From a virus: a DNA stretch of 64,000 nt. The position numbers were made by a program, and so were the translations under genes. The notes under the pieces were generated by a model. That model saw nothing but the letters and a program-made list of their open reading frames with translations. It was not told the DNA's origin and searched no databases. This document shows positions 9,104 through 17,214 of this stretch, one piece after another (the stretch's first letter is position 1; the number at the start of each line of letters is the position of its first letter). Where the stretch lies: the IMG/VR virus record IMGVR_UViG_3300013006_001433, positions 1-64,000 of that record, one strand, 5' to 3'.

Positions 9104-9857
9104 ACTTTTTATGTCTTAAAATATATGATATATATCTTGAGTGTCCTTTTCTAAAAGATTCTAAAGTAGAAATAAAATTATATCTTTGATGTAGAATTAA
9201 GTCGTTCTCTAGTAATAAAGCCCCATGAGTTGGTATATTTTCTTCAAAACCAGTAAAAACTATTATATCGTAAATTTTTAAGTCTTTAATAGTTTTTGGA
9301 TTTAAAACTTCAAATCCAACTCGATGATATTCACTTTCATATTTTTCAAGTGACCAAGCGTGTTCGTTAACAGTTTTAAGATCGTTATATGATAAGCCTA
9401 TCCTTTTTGGACTATTTTTTAAGCTTATATCTAAATCTAGTTCATTTTTATAAAAATCTACTATTAACGTTTCGCAATCTGTGACCCCTAATTCATAAGG
9501 TCTATTTATATATTTCTTGTAACATTCTTTTTCTTTTGGATCAAAAATATAAAATTTATCACTTTTAATATTATAAAGATAGTAAACAAGATTATGCTTA
9601 AAACTATTTACAATATCATGAAAAGAAAAAGATAAATTTTTAATATGGGAATGGAAACATCCTATTATATCTCCATATTGTTTTGCATATAGATAACATA
9701 ATGGATCTATAGCAAATGACTCCATTTTGCTTAAAGAGATATTTTTACTTTTTAAAAAGATTTTATTATTTTCTACCTGTACGACAAGACCGCAAGCTTC
9801 TTCTTTTTTATATTTTAATGCATGTTCCTTGGCTTGTATTAAAAAGTCATTTTCCAT
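9096..9857 (-). CDS. Tail assembly protein K-like (JAB/MPN plus NlpC/P60), paralog 1
   Basis: EEACGLVV, FHSHxxxxxFSxHD; RPYELGVTDC...PTHGALLL...ILH; start refined to MENDF, overlapping the upstream stop. Confidence 0.8.
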   Translation of the reverse strand: MENDFLIQAKEHALKYKKEEACGLVVQVENNKIFLKSKNISLSKMESFAIDPLCYLYAKQYGDIIGCFHSHIKNLSFSFHDIVNSFKHNLVYYLYNIKSDKFYIFDPKEKECYKKYINRPYELGVTDCETLIVDFYKNELDLDISLKNSPKRIGLSYNDLKTVNEHAWSLEKYESEYHRVGFEVLNPKTIKDLKIYDIIVFTGFEENIPTHGALLLENDLILHQRYNFISTLESFRKGHSRYISYILRHKKYA

Positions 9858-10956
9858 GAGCAAAACCTTCATACATGCTGTTGGGGCTATTTCTCACTGC
9901 TTGTATTGTGTCATTCCATAGTCCACCTCGCATATCTTGTAGATTTCTGAATCCTAAATAACTCATAGCACTTCTTAAGCCATTAGTAAAATCATAAACT
10001 ATGTCCTCTATAGTTTTATTTTCTACAATAGGAATAAGAGTATTATCTCCTTCAACAAAAAGATTTTTCTTTGTCCCATCGTGAAGGTCATAATCTTCGA
10101 CAACGTCTTGACTTGCCATTCCTCTATACTTAGCGAATCTTTTTCCATCTATTTCAATAATATTTTCATCATCAACTACATCAGCTAATCCAGCAAAAAT
10201 TCTTCCACAAATAACTGCGTCGCATCCACTAGCAATAGCTTTAACTAAATCCTTTGGATAACGAATACCGCCATCAGCAAGTATACTTGGTCTATGTTCT
10301 GGATTGGGTTTGTCTTGTTTGAATAGATCAACTTGCGACAACTCCCAATTCCTTACGGCTTTCCAAGCGTAATAATTTCCAGTTAAACTCGGACATCCAA
10401 TTCCAGTTTTTACTTGAGTTAAACACATCGAACCTGGTCCAATCAAGTGTCTAAACCCATCTGCTTTTAAATTCGCTAATCTATAAACACTTTCTTTAGT
10501 TAAAGTATTACCGACAATGACATCTTGAGAAAATCCAGAAGTTTTATACCATCTAAGAAAATCTTCAACATTCTTGGCCAAACCATTAGCAGTATCCAAA
10601 AAGTAAATATTTGTAAATGCGCTAGTAGCTCTAATTCTTTCTTCTGCGTCTTTTAAACCAATGGCTGTAACACAAAAATTACTTTCATCTTTAATAATTT
10701 TAGCTTTTACTCTTTGGTCGTCAATGGACATAAATCTATGTAATACTCCTGCTGCGCCAAGTTTATTAATTTTAATACAAGATTTAACTGAAGATACAGT
10801 ATCCATTGGGGAAAGAATAATTGGAATTTTAATATTACAATTCCTTGATATCTTAGTAGTTGTATCTACCTCTTTCCTAGAGGTTATATCTGAAAAATTT
10901 GGGAGTAATGAAATATCATCGTAACTTAAGGCTTCTTTGAATTCTTGTTTTTGCAT
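9847..10956 (-). CDS. guaB: IMP dehydrogenase / GMP reductase family enzyme lacking CBS domains
   Basis: ALSYDDISLLP, SPMDTV, GVLHRF, IGPGSMCLT, ADGGIR, YRGMAS, GLRSAMSY. Confidence 0.8.
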   Translation of the reverse strand: MQKQEFKEALSYDDISLLPNFSDITSRKEVDTTTKISRNCNIKIPIILSPMDTVSSVKSCIKINKLGAAGVLHRFMSIDDQRVKAKIIKDESNFCVTAIGLKDAEERIRATSAFTNIYFLDTANGLAKNVEDFLRWYKTSGFSQDVIVGNTLTKESVYRLANLKADGFRHLIGPGSMCLTQVKTGIGCPSLTGNYYAWKAVRNWELSQVDLFKQDKPNPEHRPSILADGGIRYPKDLVKAIASGCDAVICGRIFAGLADVVDDENIIEIDGKRFAKYRGMASQDVVEDYDLHDGTKKNLFVEGDNTLIPIVENKTIEDIVYDFTNGLRSAMSYLGFRNLQDMRGGLWNDTIQAVRNSPNSMYEGFAHGK

Positions 10957-10968
10957 ATATTTTAACTT

Positions 10969-10997
10969 ATTGTAATCTAAAATTACAAATAAGTCAA
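10969..10997 (-). promoter_or_regulatory. Sigma70-type promoter TTGACT-N17-TACAAT
   Basis: 12 nt upstream of the guaB ATG. Confidence 0.6.
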
Positions 10998-11005
10998 TAG
11001 ATTAA

Positions 11006-11302
11006 TTAAAAACTACAAATTAATTGATCTGGTCTATTAAAATGATATATATTAATTTTAGAAGCCGAAAAGTGTTTTTTTATTAAGTCTTTATGTTCAA
11101 TCAAACATTCTTCATTAAAGTATGATGTTACTCTAGCTGATAGCACTTCAATTTTATTTTTGTATTGGCATTTACAACCTATACTTAAATTTTGATATAA
11201 ATTTTTAATTAAAATTGTAGTTGGAGACGGAAAAGATTCATAAATAAAATCTATTATTCCCGAATATTTATCTGAACTTTTAAAATCTAATTCTTGCAGC
11301 AT
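11006..11302 (-). CDS. Hypothetical protein
   Basis: 98 aa ORF within a run of overlapping genes. Confidence 0.5.
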   Translation of the reverse strand: MLQELDFKSSDKYSGIIDFIYESFPSPTTILIKNLYQNLSIGCKCQYKNKIEVLSARVTSYFNEECLIEHKDLIKKHFSASKINIYHFNRPDQLICSF

Positions 11303-11640
11303 AAATTTTTAATATAAAAGAATAAAATTATAGATGCTGTATATACAACAAATACAAATTTAATCTGTATTAATATTACACTACAAAATATAGATGTCCA
11401 AAACCCAAAGCAAAATGGACAAGATAAAAGCTTTGTTATAAAATTCCTATTAGAATATTGAAGATAATCAACATAATGAGCTGGCATGCCTAATGTTTTT
11501 ATATATTCTTGATATCTTAAGAAAAATGTTTTAGAAAGACATTTGAAGTATTCATAAAAAGCATCCGTTAAAAACCATACTATTAATATGGTAGTATTTA
11601 ATGATATACTTAATATTAAATTAATTACCACCGACTCCAT
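11287..11640 (-). CDS. Membrane protein with CPFC motif (DUF1360-like)
   Basis: Hydrophobic segments flanking LLSCPFCFGFW; start refined to MESVV. Confidence 0.55.
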   Translation of the reverse strand: MESVVINLILSISLNTTILIVWFLTDAFYEYFKCLSKTFFLRYQEYIKTLGMPAHYVDYLQYSNRNFITKLLSCPFCFGFWTSIFCSVILIQIKFVFVVYTASIILFFYIKNLCCKN

Positions 11641-11914
11641 TGGCAACTGTTCCTGCTGGAAATGGCAATCTAATAATTGAATTAGAGTAATTCTTATAAA
11701 TATAACCACCTTGAACTGTAAAAGCTGGGAATGGTTCTCTTACGATTGAATTTTCATAGTTTCTATAGATATATTTTCCTTGCATTGTGTATGCTGGAAA
11801 TGGAGTTCTTACGATTGAACTGGAATAATTCCTATAGATATAAGTAGGCTTTTCTTGAGCTTGTAAAGTCGCGGAAAGACTAGCTAACAATATTAAGTAT
11901 ATAATTTTCTTCAT
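11621..11914 (-). CDS. Secreted protein with three 23 aa repeats
   Basis: Signal peptide MKKIIYLILLASLSATLQA; repeats YIY[RK]NYxxSI[VI]RxPFPAxT. Confidence 0.65.
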   Translation of the reverse strand: MKKIIYLILLASLSATLQAQEKPTYIYRNYSSSIVRTPFPAYTMQGKYIYRNYENSIVREPFPAFTVQGGYIYKNYSNSIIRLPFPAGTVANGVGGN

Positions 11915-12269
11915 TTGAGAATGATAATAGTTTTATATAAAAAATGCAAGTGTTTTTTGGTATATTTTTATATATTAAAGAAAAATGCTCTTGTTTCGGT
12001 TCTTTTTTATAAGAAAATACTTCAATAAAAACATTTGAATTATATAATATATTGTTAATTGGAGTACAGTCGTACTTCTTATATATGTCAGATGGAATTA
12101 TATTAAAATATATATTTGATAAATAAAATCCAGATTGTATTGCGCATAATCTACTTGGAATAATGTCATTATTATAGCATGAAAAAAATTTATAATAGTT
12201 TAAGGCAACTCTTTCTGGAGGAATTGCATTTTCATGTATTTGATTTATAGGTATGATTATATCTTTCAT
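11880..12269 (-). CDS. Hypothetical, N-terminus weakly dUTPase-like
   Basis: IHENAIPP...IIP...IQSG; dUTPase catalytic motifs absent. Confidence 0.35.
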   Translation of the reverse strand: MKDIIIPINQIHENAIPPERVALNYYKFFSCYNNDIIPSRLCAIQSGFYLSNIYFNIIPSDIYKKYDCTPINNILYNSNVFIEVFSYKKEPKQEHFSLIYKNIPKNTCIFYIKLLSFSNEENYILNIVS

Positions 12270-12679
12270 TATATTTTAATAAGATCTATTTTGTAAAAGT
12301 TAAAAATATCATATGATCCTTTGTCGTTATTATAATCTTCTATATAAAAGACTTTTTTAATTCCATATGAAGCTATATTTAAGGCACATCCCGAGCAGGG
12401 TAGTAATGTGGTAGCCATAATATAAGGCTCTTCTTCTCTTTTTATTCTAGATAAAGCGTTTATTTCTGCATGGATTATATATCTTCTTCTGAAGTCTCTG
12501 TCTAACCAAAATTTTCTATCCATATCAACTTTAGGTAATAGTCCGTTATAACCAGTTGATAATATCCTTCCTTCTTTATTCATTATACAGCATCCGACCT
12601 TTTTATGAAGGTCTTCTGATCTTTTAGCGCATTCTTTTGCTACATTTAATGCTAGTTCTGCGAATGATATTCGACTCAT
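12269..12679 (-). CDS. dCMP deaminase
   Basis: RSED...VGC, STGYNG, HAEINAL, PCSGC. Confidence 0.9.
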   Translation of the reverse strand: MSRISFAELALNVAKECAKRSEDLHKKVGCCIMNKEGRILSTGYNGLLPKVDMDRKFWLDRDFRRRYIIHAEINALSRIKREEEPYIMATTLLPCSGCALNIASYGIKKVFYIEDYNNDKGSYDIFNFYKIDLIKI

Positions 12680-12764
12680 AGTTTATAAAATAAATATGCT
12701 GAAAATATTATTAATAATATAAAAGTAATTTGCATGTTTAACATCTTATCATAAAACTAATAGC

Positions 12765-12793
12765 TTGACAAGACATTTTATTTTTATTATAAT
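12765..12793 (+). promoter_or_regulatory. Sigma70-type promoter TTGACA-N17-TATAAT (perfect consensus)
   Basis: 7 nt upstream of ATG 12801. Confidence 0.8.
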
Positions 12794-12800
12794 GATAGTT

Positions 12801-13385
12801 ATGATTATAGGTATAACTGGTGTCGCCAGATGTGGAAAAGATACATTTTACTCTATACTTAAAAAATACTTAGAGGAAAGGCAACTAAAATCTCAAAGAT
12901 TAGCCTTTGCTGATGATCTTAAAGAAGAGCTTAATGGATTTACTAAAGAAAAATTTAAAATAGATTTATTTAAATGCGATGGTGTGGATAAAGAATTAGT
13001 ACGACCTTTAATGGTGGCTTACGGAAAATGCAGAAGAAGTCAAACAGAAGGTAAGTACTGGACATCTAAATTGGACCCTAAAGTAGAAAAATTATTAAGA
13101 GAACAAATTGTTCCAATTATTACTGACGTAAGATACATTGAGTATAAAGATGACGAATACTCATGGTTAAAATCTCATAATGGCATATTAATCCATTTGT
13201 CTAGAAAATTAGATGATGGAAGTTTTGTGCCACCAGCAAACATTGAAGAAAAAGCGAATGATAATAAATTGAAAGCTGTAGCTGATTTTTCTATATGTTG
13301 GGAAACTTGTCAAGATACAAATTTCTTGTATGAACTTATGCAGAAAAACTTAAGGAATATATATGACAGACTTAGACCTAATTAA
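12801..13385 (+). CDS. Deoxynucleoside monophosphate kinase
   Basis: IIGITGVARCGKDT P-loop, LAFADDLK, ITDVRY; start refined from the promoter. Confidence 0.8.
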   Translation: MIIGITGVARCGKDTFYSILKKYLEERQLKSQRLAFADDLKEELNGFTKEKFKIDLFKCDGVDKELVRPLMVAYGKCRRSQTEGKYWTSKLDPKVEKLLREQIVPIITDVRYIEYKDDEYSWLKSHNGILIHLSRKLDDGSFVPPANIEEKANDNKLKAVADFSICWETCQDTNFLYELMQKNLRNIYDRLRPN

Positions 13386-13947
13386 AAATATAAAAAATAA
13401 CCAAGATAATGAATCTCTTAAATGCCTAATACATAGACATAGTGGAATTTTTTGTGAGATTATAAAAAGATATCAATCTTTTATAGCTCAAAAAGGCCAT
13501 GACCCAAAAGATCTTTATGAAGATAAAGATGTTATCGTATATCAATCTGCTCTTTCTTTTAATGAAGATAAGAATGTGAAATTCTCTACTTGGTTAGGGA
13601 ATCAAGCCAGATATCATTGTTTGAATTTTTTAAATAAAAATGCCAAATTCTTACCTACAGATAATGAATATCTTCAAAATATGATAGAGAATTCTCAAGA
13701 TCAAAAAGAAGACATGCAAAAAGAAAATTGCGATTATTTTCTTAATATTCTAAAATCCTTAAAAGATAAAAGAGTATATAAAATATTTAAAATGCGTTTC
13801 TACTCTCCAAAAAAGAAAAATCGTTCTTGGAATGCTATTGGTAAAAAATTAAATATAAGTACCCAAACTGTTATTAATATATATAACAAGCACATTCATT
13901 TCTTAAAAGTCAAATCATTTAAAAATAATTTTAATGATCAGATATAA
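13363..13947 (+). CDS. Phage-encoded sigma70-family sigma factor
   Basis: Region 2-like SALSFNEDKNVKFSTWL; region 4 HTH SWNAIGKKLNISTQTV. Confidence 0.75.
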   Translation: MTDLDLIKNIKNNQDNESLKCLIHRHSGIFCEIIKRYQSFIAQKGHDPKDLYEDKDVIVYQSALSFNEDKNVKFSTWLGNQARYHCLNFLNKNAKFLPTDNEYLQNMIENSQDQKEDMQKENCDYFLNILKSLKDKRVYKIFKMRFYSPKKKNRSWNAIGKKLNISTQTVINIYNKHIHFLKVKSFKNNFNDQI

Positions 13948-13951
13948 TTTC

Positions 13952-13980
13952 TTGACTTTTTATTATAATAGCAATATAAT
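13952..13980 (+). promoter_or_regulatory. Sigma70-type promoter TTGACT-N17-TATAAT
   Basis: 8 nt upstream of ATG 13989. Confidence 0.75.
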
Positions 13981-13988
13981 CATAAAAT

Positions 13989-14348
13989 ATGAATACACAA
14001 CAAAAAAATAATAGTACTAATACAGAAGCTAACCAAAAGAACAACGATTGGTCTAAAAGAGAAATCGGTGCTCTTTGGAAGAAGGATGGTCCAAGTCAAA
14101 AATATCTATCTGGATATTTGACGATTGATGAACTTGGAACAAAAACTAAAGTAAATGTAGTAGTATTTAGTAACAAAAATAAATCAAAAGATACTGCTCC
14201 TGATTTTAGAGTATATCTTTCAAAAGAAAATGCTCCAGCTCAAGCTTCTGCTAAAGCTACTATTGAAACTCCAGCTAAAGCTGTAGTCGCTCCAGTAGCC
14301 AAAGTAAAAGTTAAGCAAGTAGAGGAAGTCGAAGAAGATCTACTATAA
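13989..14348 (+). CDS. DUF736-like protein with acidic tail (possible ssDNA-binding protein)
   Basis: IGALWKK...YLSG...NKNK...APDFRV; C-terminal EEVEEDLL. Confidence 0.55.
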   Translation: MNTQQKNNSTNTEANQKNNDWSKREIGALWKKDGPSQKYLSGYLTIDELGTKTKVNVVVFSNKNKSKDTAPDFRVYLSKENAPAQASAKATIETPAKAVVAPVAKVKVKQVEEVEEDLL

Positions 14349-15433
14349 TGGATCTAGCTTGTAATTTACCTTTAAACAATTTAAGTTTCGGGCAAACATC
14401 ATTTGCTCTTATAAAAAACTTATATGAAAAGGAATTTAAAGCTAAAATATTTCCAATTGGAGGAAATGTAGATCTATCCTCTCAAAAGTTAGATCAAAAT
14501 CTTGGCGCATGGATAAAAAATTCTATTGATAGAGCTAATTTGAGTTTCTCAAGAAAAGAGAAGATATTCAAACTTTGGCATATCAATGGATCACTCGAAA
14601 GTTTTGCAGAACGTCAAGTTCTGTTTTCTTTCTATGAATTAGATTCTCCTACTGCTGTAGAGCTTAATATAGTAAAAAATAATCATAAGGTTATATTTTC
14701 TTCTAAATATACTTGTGATATATTCAAATCTCTTGGATGCGACAATATTGAGCATATTCCATTATTTTTTGATAATAATAATTTTTCCGTAAAGGATAAG
14801 AGTTATAGTTCAGATGATAGAATAGTTTTTAATCTAGTGGGCAAATTAGAGAAAAGAAAGAATCATAAAAAAGTAATACAATCTTGGCTTAAGAAGTATG
14901 GAAACGATAGAAAATATTTTTTACAATGTTCTATTTTTAATCCATTCTTAAAACAGGAAGATCAAAACGCATTGATTAATTCTATGTTGGAAGGAAATAG
15001 ATATTTTAATATTTCATTCTTAGGACATATGCAAGCCAATGAAACTTATAATGATTATTTAAATAGTGCAAATATTATTCTAGGAATGAGTGGTGGTGAA
15101 GGGTGGGGATTGCCAGAATTTCATTCTTTAGCTTTGGGTAAACATGCTGTAATATTAAATGCTCATACTTATAAAGATTGGGCTAATGATAATAACTCAG
15201 TTATGGTAGATCCATCTGAAAAAATAGAAGTATATGATAATATGTTTTTTACAAAAGGCTCTCCTTTTAATCAAGGTAATATCTTTTCGTTTAAAGAAGA
15301 AGCTTTTATTGCTGGTTGTGAACAAGCAATTAAGAGATACGAGTCTAATAAAATTAATACTGCTGGTCTAGAACTTCAAAAGAAATATACTATAGACAAT
15401 ACAGTCTCTCAAATATTAAAATTAATGGAATAA
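14348..15433 (+). CDS. Glycosyltransferase (GT-B, GT4-like)
   Basis: VGKLEKRKN, SGGEGWGLPEFHSLALGK. Confidence 0.8.
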   Translation: MDLACNLPLNNLSFGQTSFALIKNLYEKEFKAKIFPIGGNVDLSSQKLDQNLGAWIKNSIDRANLSFSRKEKIFKLWHINGSLESFAERQVLFSFYELDSPTAVELNIVKNNHKVIFSSKYTCDIFKSLGCDNIEHIPLFFDNNNFSVKDKSYSSDDRIVFNLVGKLEKRKNHKKVIQSWLKKYGNDRKYFLQCSIFNPFLKQEDQNALINSMLEGNRYFNISFLGHMQANETYNDYLNSANIILGMSGGEGWGLPEFHSLALGKHAVILNAHTYKDWANDNNSVMVDPSEKIEVYDNMFFTKGSPFNQGNIFSFKEEAFIAGCEQAIKRYESNKINTAGLELQKKYTIDNTVSQILKLME

Positions 15434-15434
15434 T

Positions 15435-15785
15435 ATGCCAGAATATTTATATCAGCATCCTACTGATGGAAGAACGATTTGCTTAATTCAAGGAATCAAT
15501 GACAAACATGAATATACTGATGTAAAAGGCGTTAAATGGAATAGGCTATTTACTAGTCCACAGATAAATTCTCAAGAAAAATTATCAGTAAATTCGAGTG
15601 ATAAAGATTTCGCTAGGGTAACTTCTTCTCAGCGAGGGAATGTTGGTGATCTTTTCGACAGAAGCAAAGAGCTTTCTGAAAAGAGACAGCAGCTCTATGG
15701 TAAAGATCCAGTTAAGAATAAATACTTTAAAGACTGGAGTAAAAAACGCAATGGAAAGAAACACCCTAAATCACATTCAGATTGA
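15435..15785 (+). CDS. FmdB-like hypothetical protein (Zn ligands lost)
   Basis: MPEYLYQHP resembles MPxYxYxC. Confidence 0.45.
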   Translation: MPEYLYQHPTDGRTICLIQGINDKHEYTDVKGVKWNRLFTSPQINSQEKLSVNSSDKDFARVTSSQRGNVGDLFDRSKELSEKRQQLYGKDPVKNKYFKDWSKKRNGKKHPKSHSD

Positions 15786-15786
15786 T

Positions 15787-16116
15787 TTATTTTTTATTTA
15801 AATGGTTTTGTATTATATCGAAATTACGATCTAATTTCGCTTCTATTCTATCAAAATAAACTTCAAAAGATTCTTTAGTAACATAAGTAGTACTTATCTT
15901 TAAAGCTAAATCGGCTATTTCTTGTTGGTGCTTTCTTCCTTCTAATTCCATTTCTTTTCTTAAAGTAATAAAATCGCTAAAGGTTTTATCATTAATTTCC
16001 TTCATAAGATTCTCTTGTTTATCAAAAAGAGAGAACACTCTAGTAAACAACCATCCTCCGAGAAAGGATAAAGCTCCTAAAATGACATTAAATAGTATTG
16101 TAATATCTAAATTCAC
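15787..16116 (-). CDS. Membrane-anchored coiled-coil protein (possibly lysis-related)
   Basis: N-terminal TM helix plus coiled coil; GTGTAA 8 nt upstream. Confidence 0.5.
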   Translation of the reverse strand: MNLDITILFNVILGALSFLGGWLFTRVFSLFDKQENLMKEINDKTFSDFITLRKEMELEGRKHQQEIADLALKISTTYVTKESFEVYFDRIEAKLDRNFDIIQNHLNKK

Positions 16117-16145
16117 ATAGATAATTACACATTAATATATAATTA

Positions 16146-17210
16146 TTAGAGTTTTAAATCGCCAAAATCTTCGTCTTCTATATCTGTTTTTCTTGCACCA
16201 ACTTTATAGCTAGAAATCTCAGTTTCTTGAGGGGCAACTTGTACTTTGCTGCTATCTAGATAACTATCATGCCATCCGCCAATAGGGTTATCTTTTTGAT
16301 TAAATATCTTCTTATAACCCAAACTTCTTAGTCTACTATCACAAAGCCATTTAGAGTAACCATCTAAAACATCAGCATTTAATCCAAGTAAACTACCATT
16401 ACTAAAGAGATACTGAGACCATTCACTTTCATTCTTTGCGGCTTGCTCATAAAAAGCATAGATTTTATCTTCACTTTTCTTGACTATACTTGTAAAACCT
16501 TCCTTGTCTTCATCTCTTAATATTTTGAGTAAATTTTGGCTTACTGCAAAATGAAGAGCTTCATCACGTTGAATGAATTTTATAATTTTAGAATTGCCTT
16601 CCATCTTACCGCGATATCCAAAATAGAAAGAACAAGCAAAAGAAACGTAAAATACAAGACCTTCCATTACGTTGATAGAAAGAATAGCATCAAAAATCTT
16701 TTGTTTAGGATCTTTCTTATCGTCATCTCCAAGAATTTTATCAAAGTTATTTCTAATTAACTCTGCGCGGCTTGTAATTTCTTTATCTTCCATAATGCTA
16801 TCAAAAAATTTAGTAGCATCTGGATATACATTATTCAAAAGATAAGAATAAGAATAACTATGAATACCTTCAAATTGAGCCCATGTATTCATGCAAATCT
16901 CAAGTTCTGGATTACTTACGTAGTCTTTAAGAGAATGAATACTTCTGGAAAGCATACTATCGCCAAGAGTTTGAAATCTTAAATTACTGTCAAAAACAAA
17001 TCTCTCTGTGTCTGTTAGATTATTATAATCACCACGATCTTTTCCTAAAGCTATTTCATGAGGCCACCAAAAATTTTCATTTTGTTTTTTAAACAATTCA
17101 AAAAATATTGGATATTTAAAACGATCATATCTTTGAAGATTTAAATCTTCACCAAGAAACAATGGTTGTTTTGTAGTATCTATATTCTTAAAATTTAATA
17201 CTGTTTTCAT
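16146..17210 (-). CDS. nrdB: Ribonucleotide reductase class Ia beta subunit
   Basis: FWWPHEI, EGIHSYSY, MEGLVFYVSF, RDEALH, APQETEISSY; start refined to MKTVL. Confidence 0.95.
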   Translation of the reverse strand: MKTVLNFKNIDTTKQPLFLGEDLNLQRYDRFKYPIFFELFKKQNENFWWPHEIALGKDRGDYNNLTDTERFVFDSNLRFQTLGDSMLSRSIHSLKDYVSNPELEICMNTWAQFEGIHSYSYSYLLNNVYPDATKFFDSIMEDKEITSRAELIRNNFDKILGDDDKKDPKQKIFDAILSINVMEGLVFYVSFACSFYFGYRGKMEGNSKIIKFIQRDEALHFAVSQNLLKILRDEDKEGFTSIVKKSEDKIYAFYEQAAKNESEWSQYLFSNGSLLGLNADVLDGYSKWLCDSRLRSLGYKKIFNQKDNPIGGWHDSYLDSSKVQVAPQETEISSYKVGARKTDIEDEDFGDLKL

Positions 17211-17214
17211 ATGC

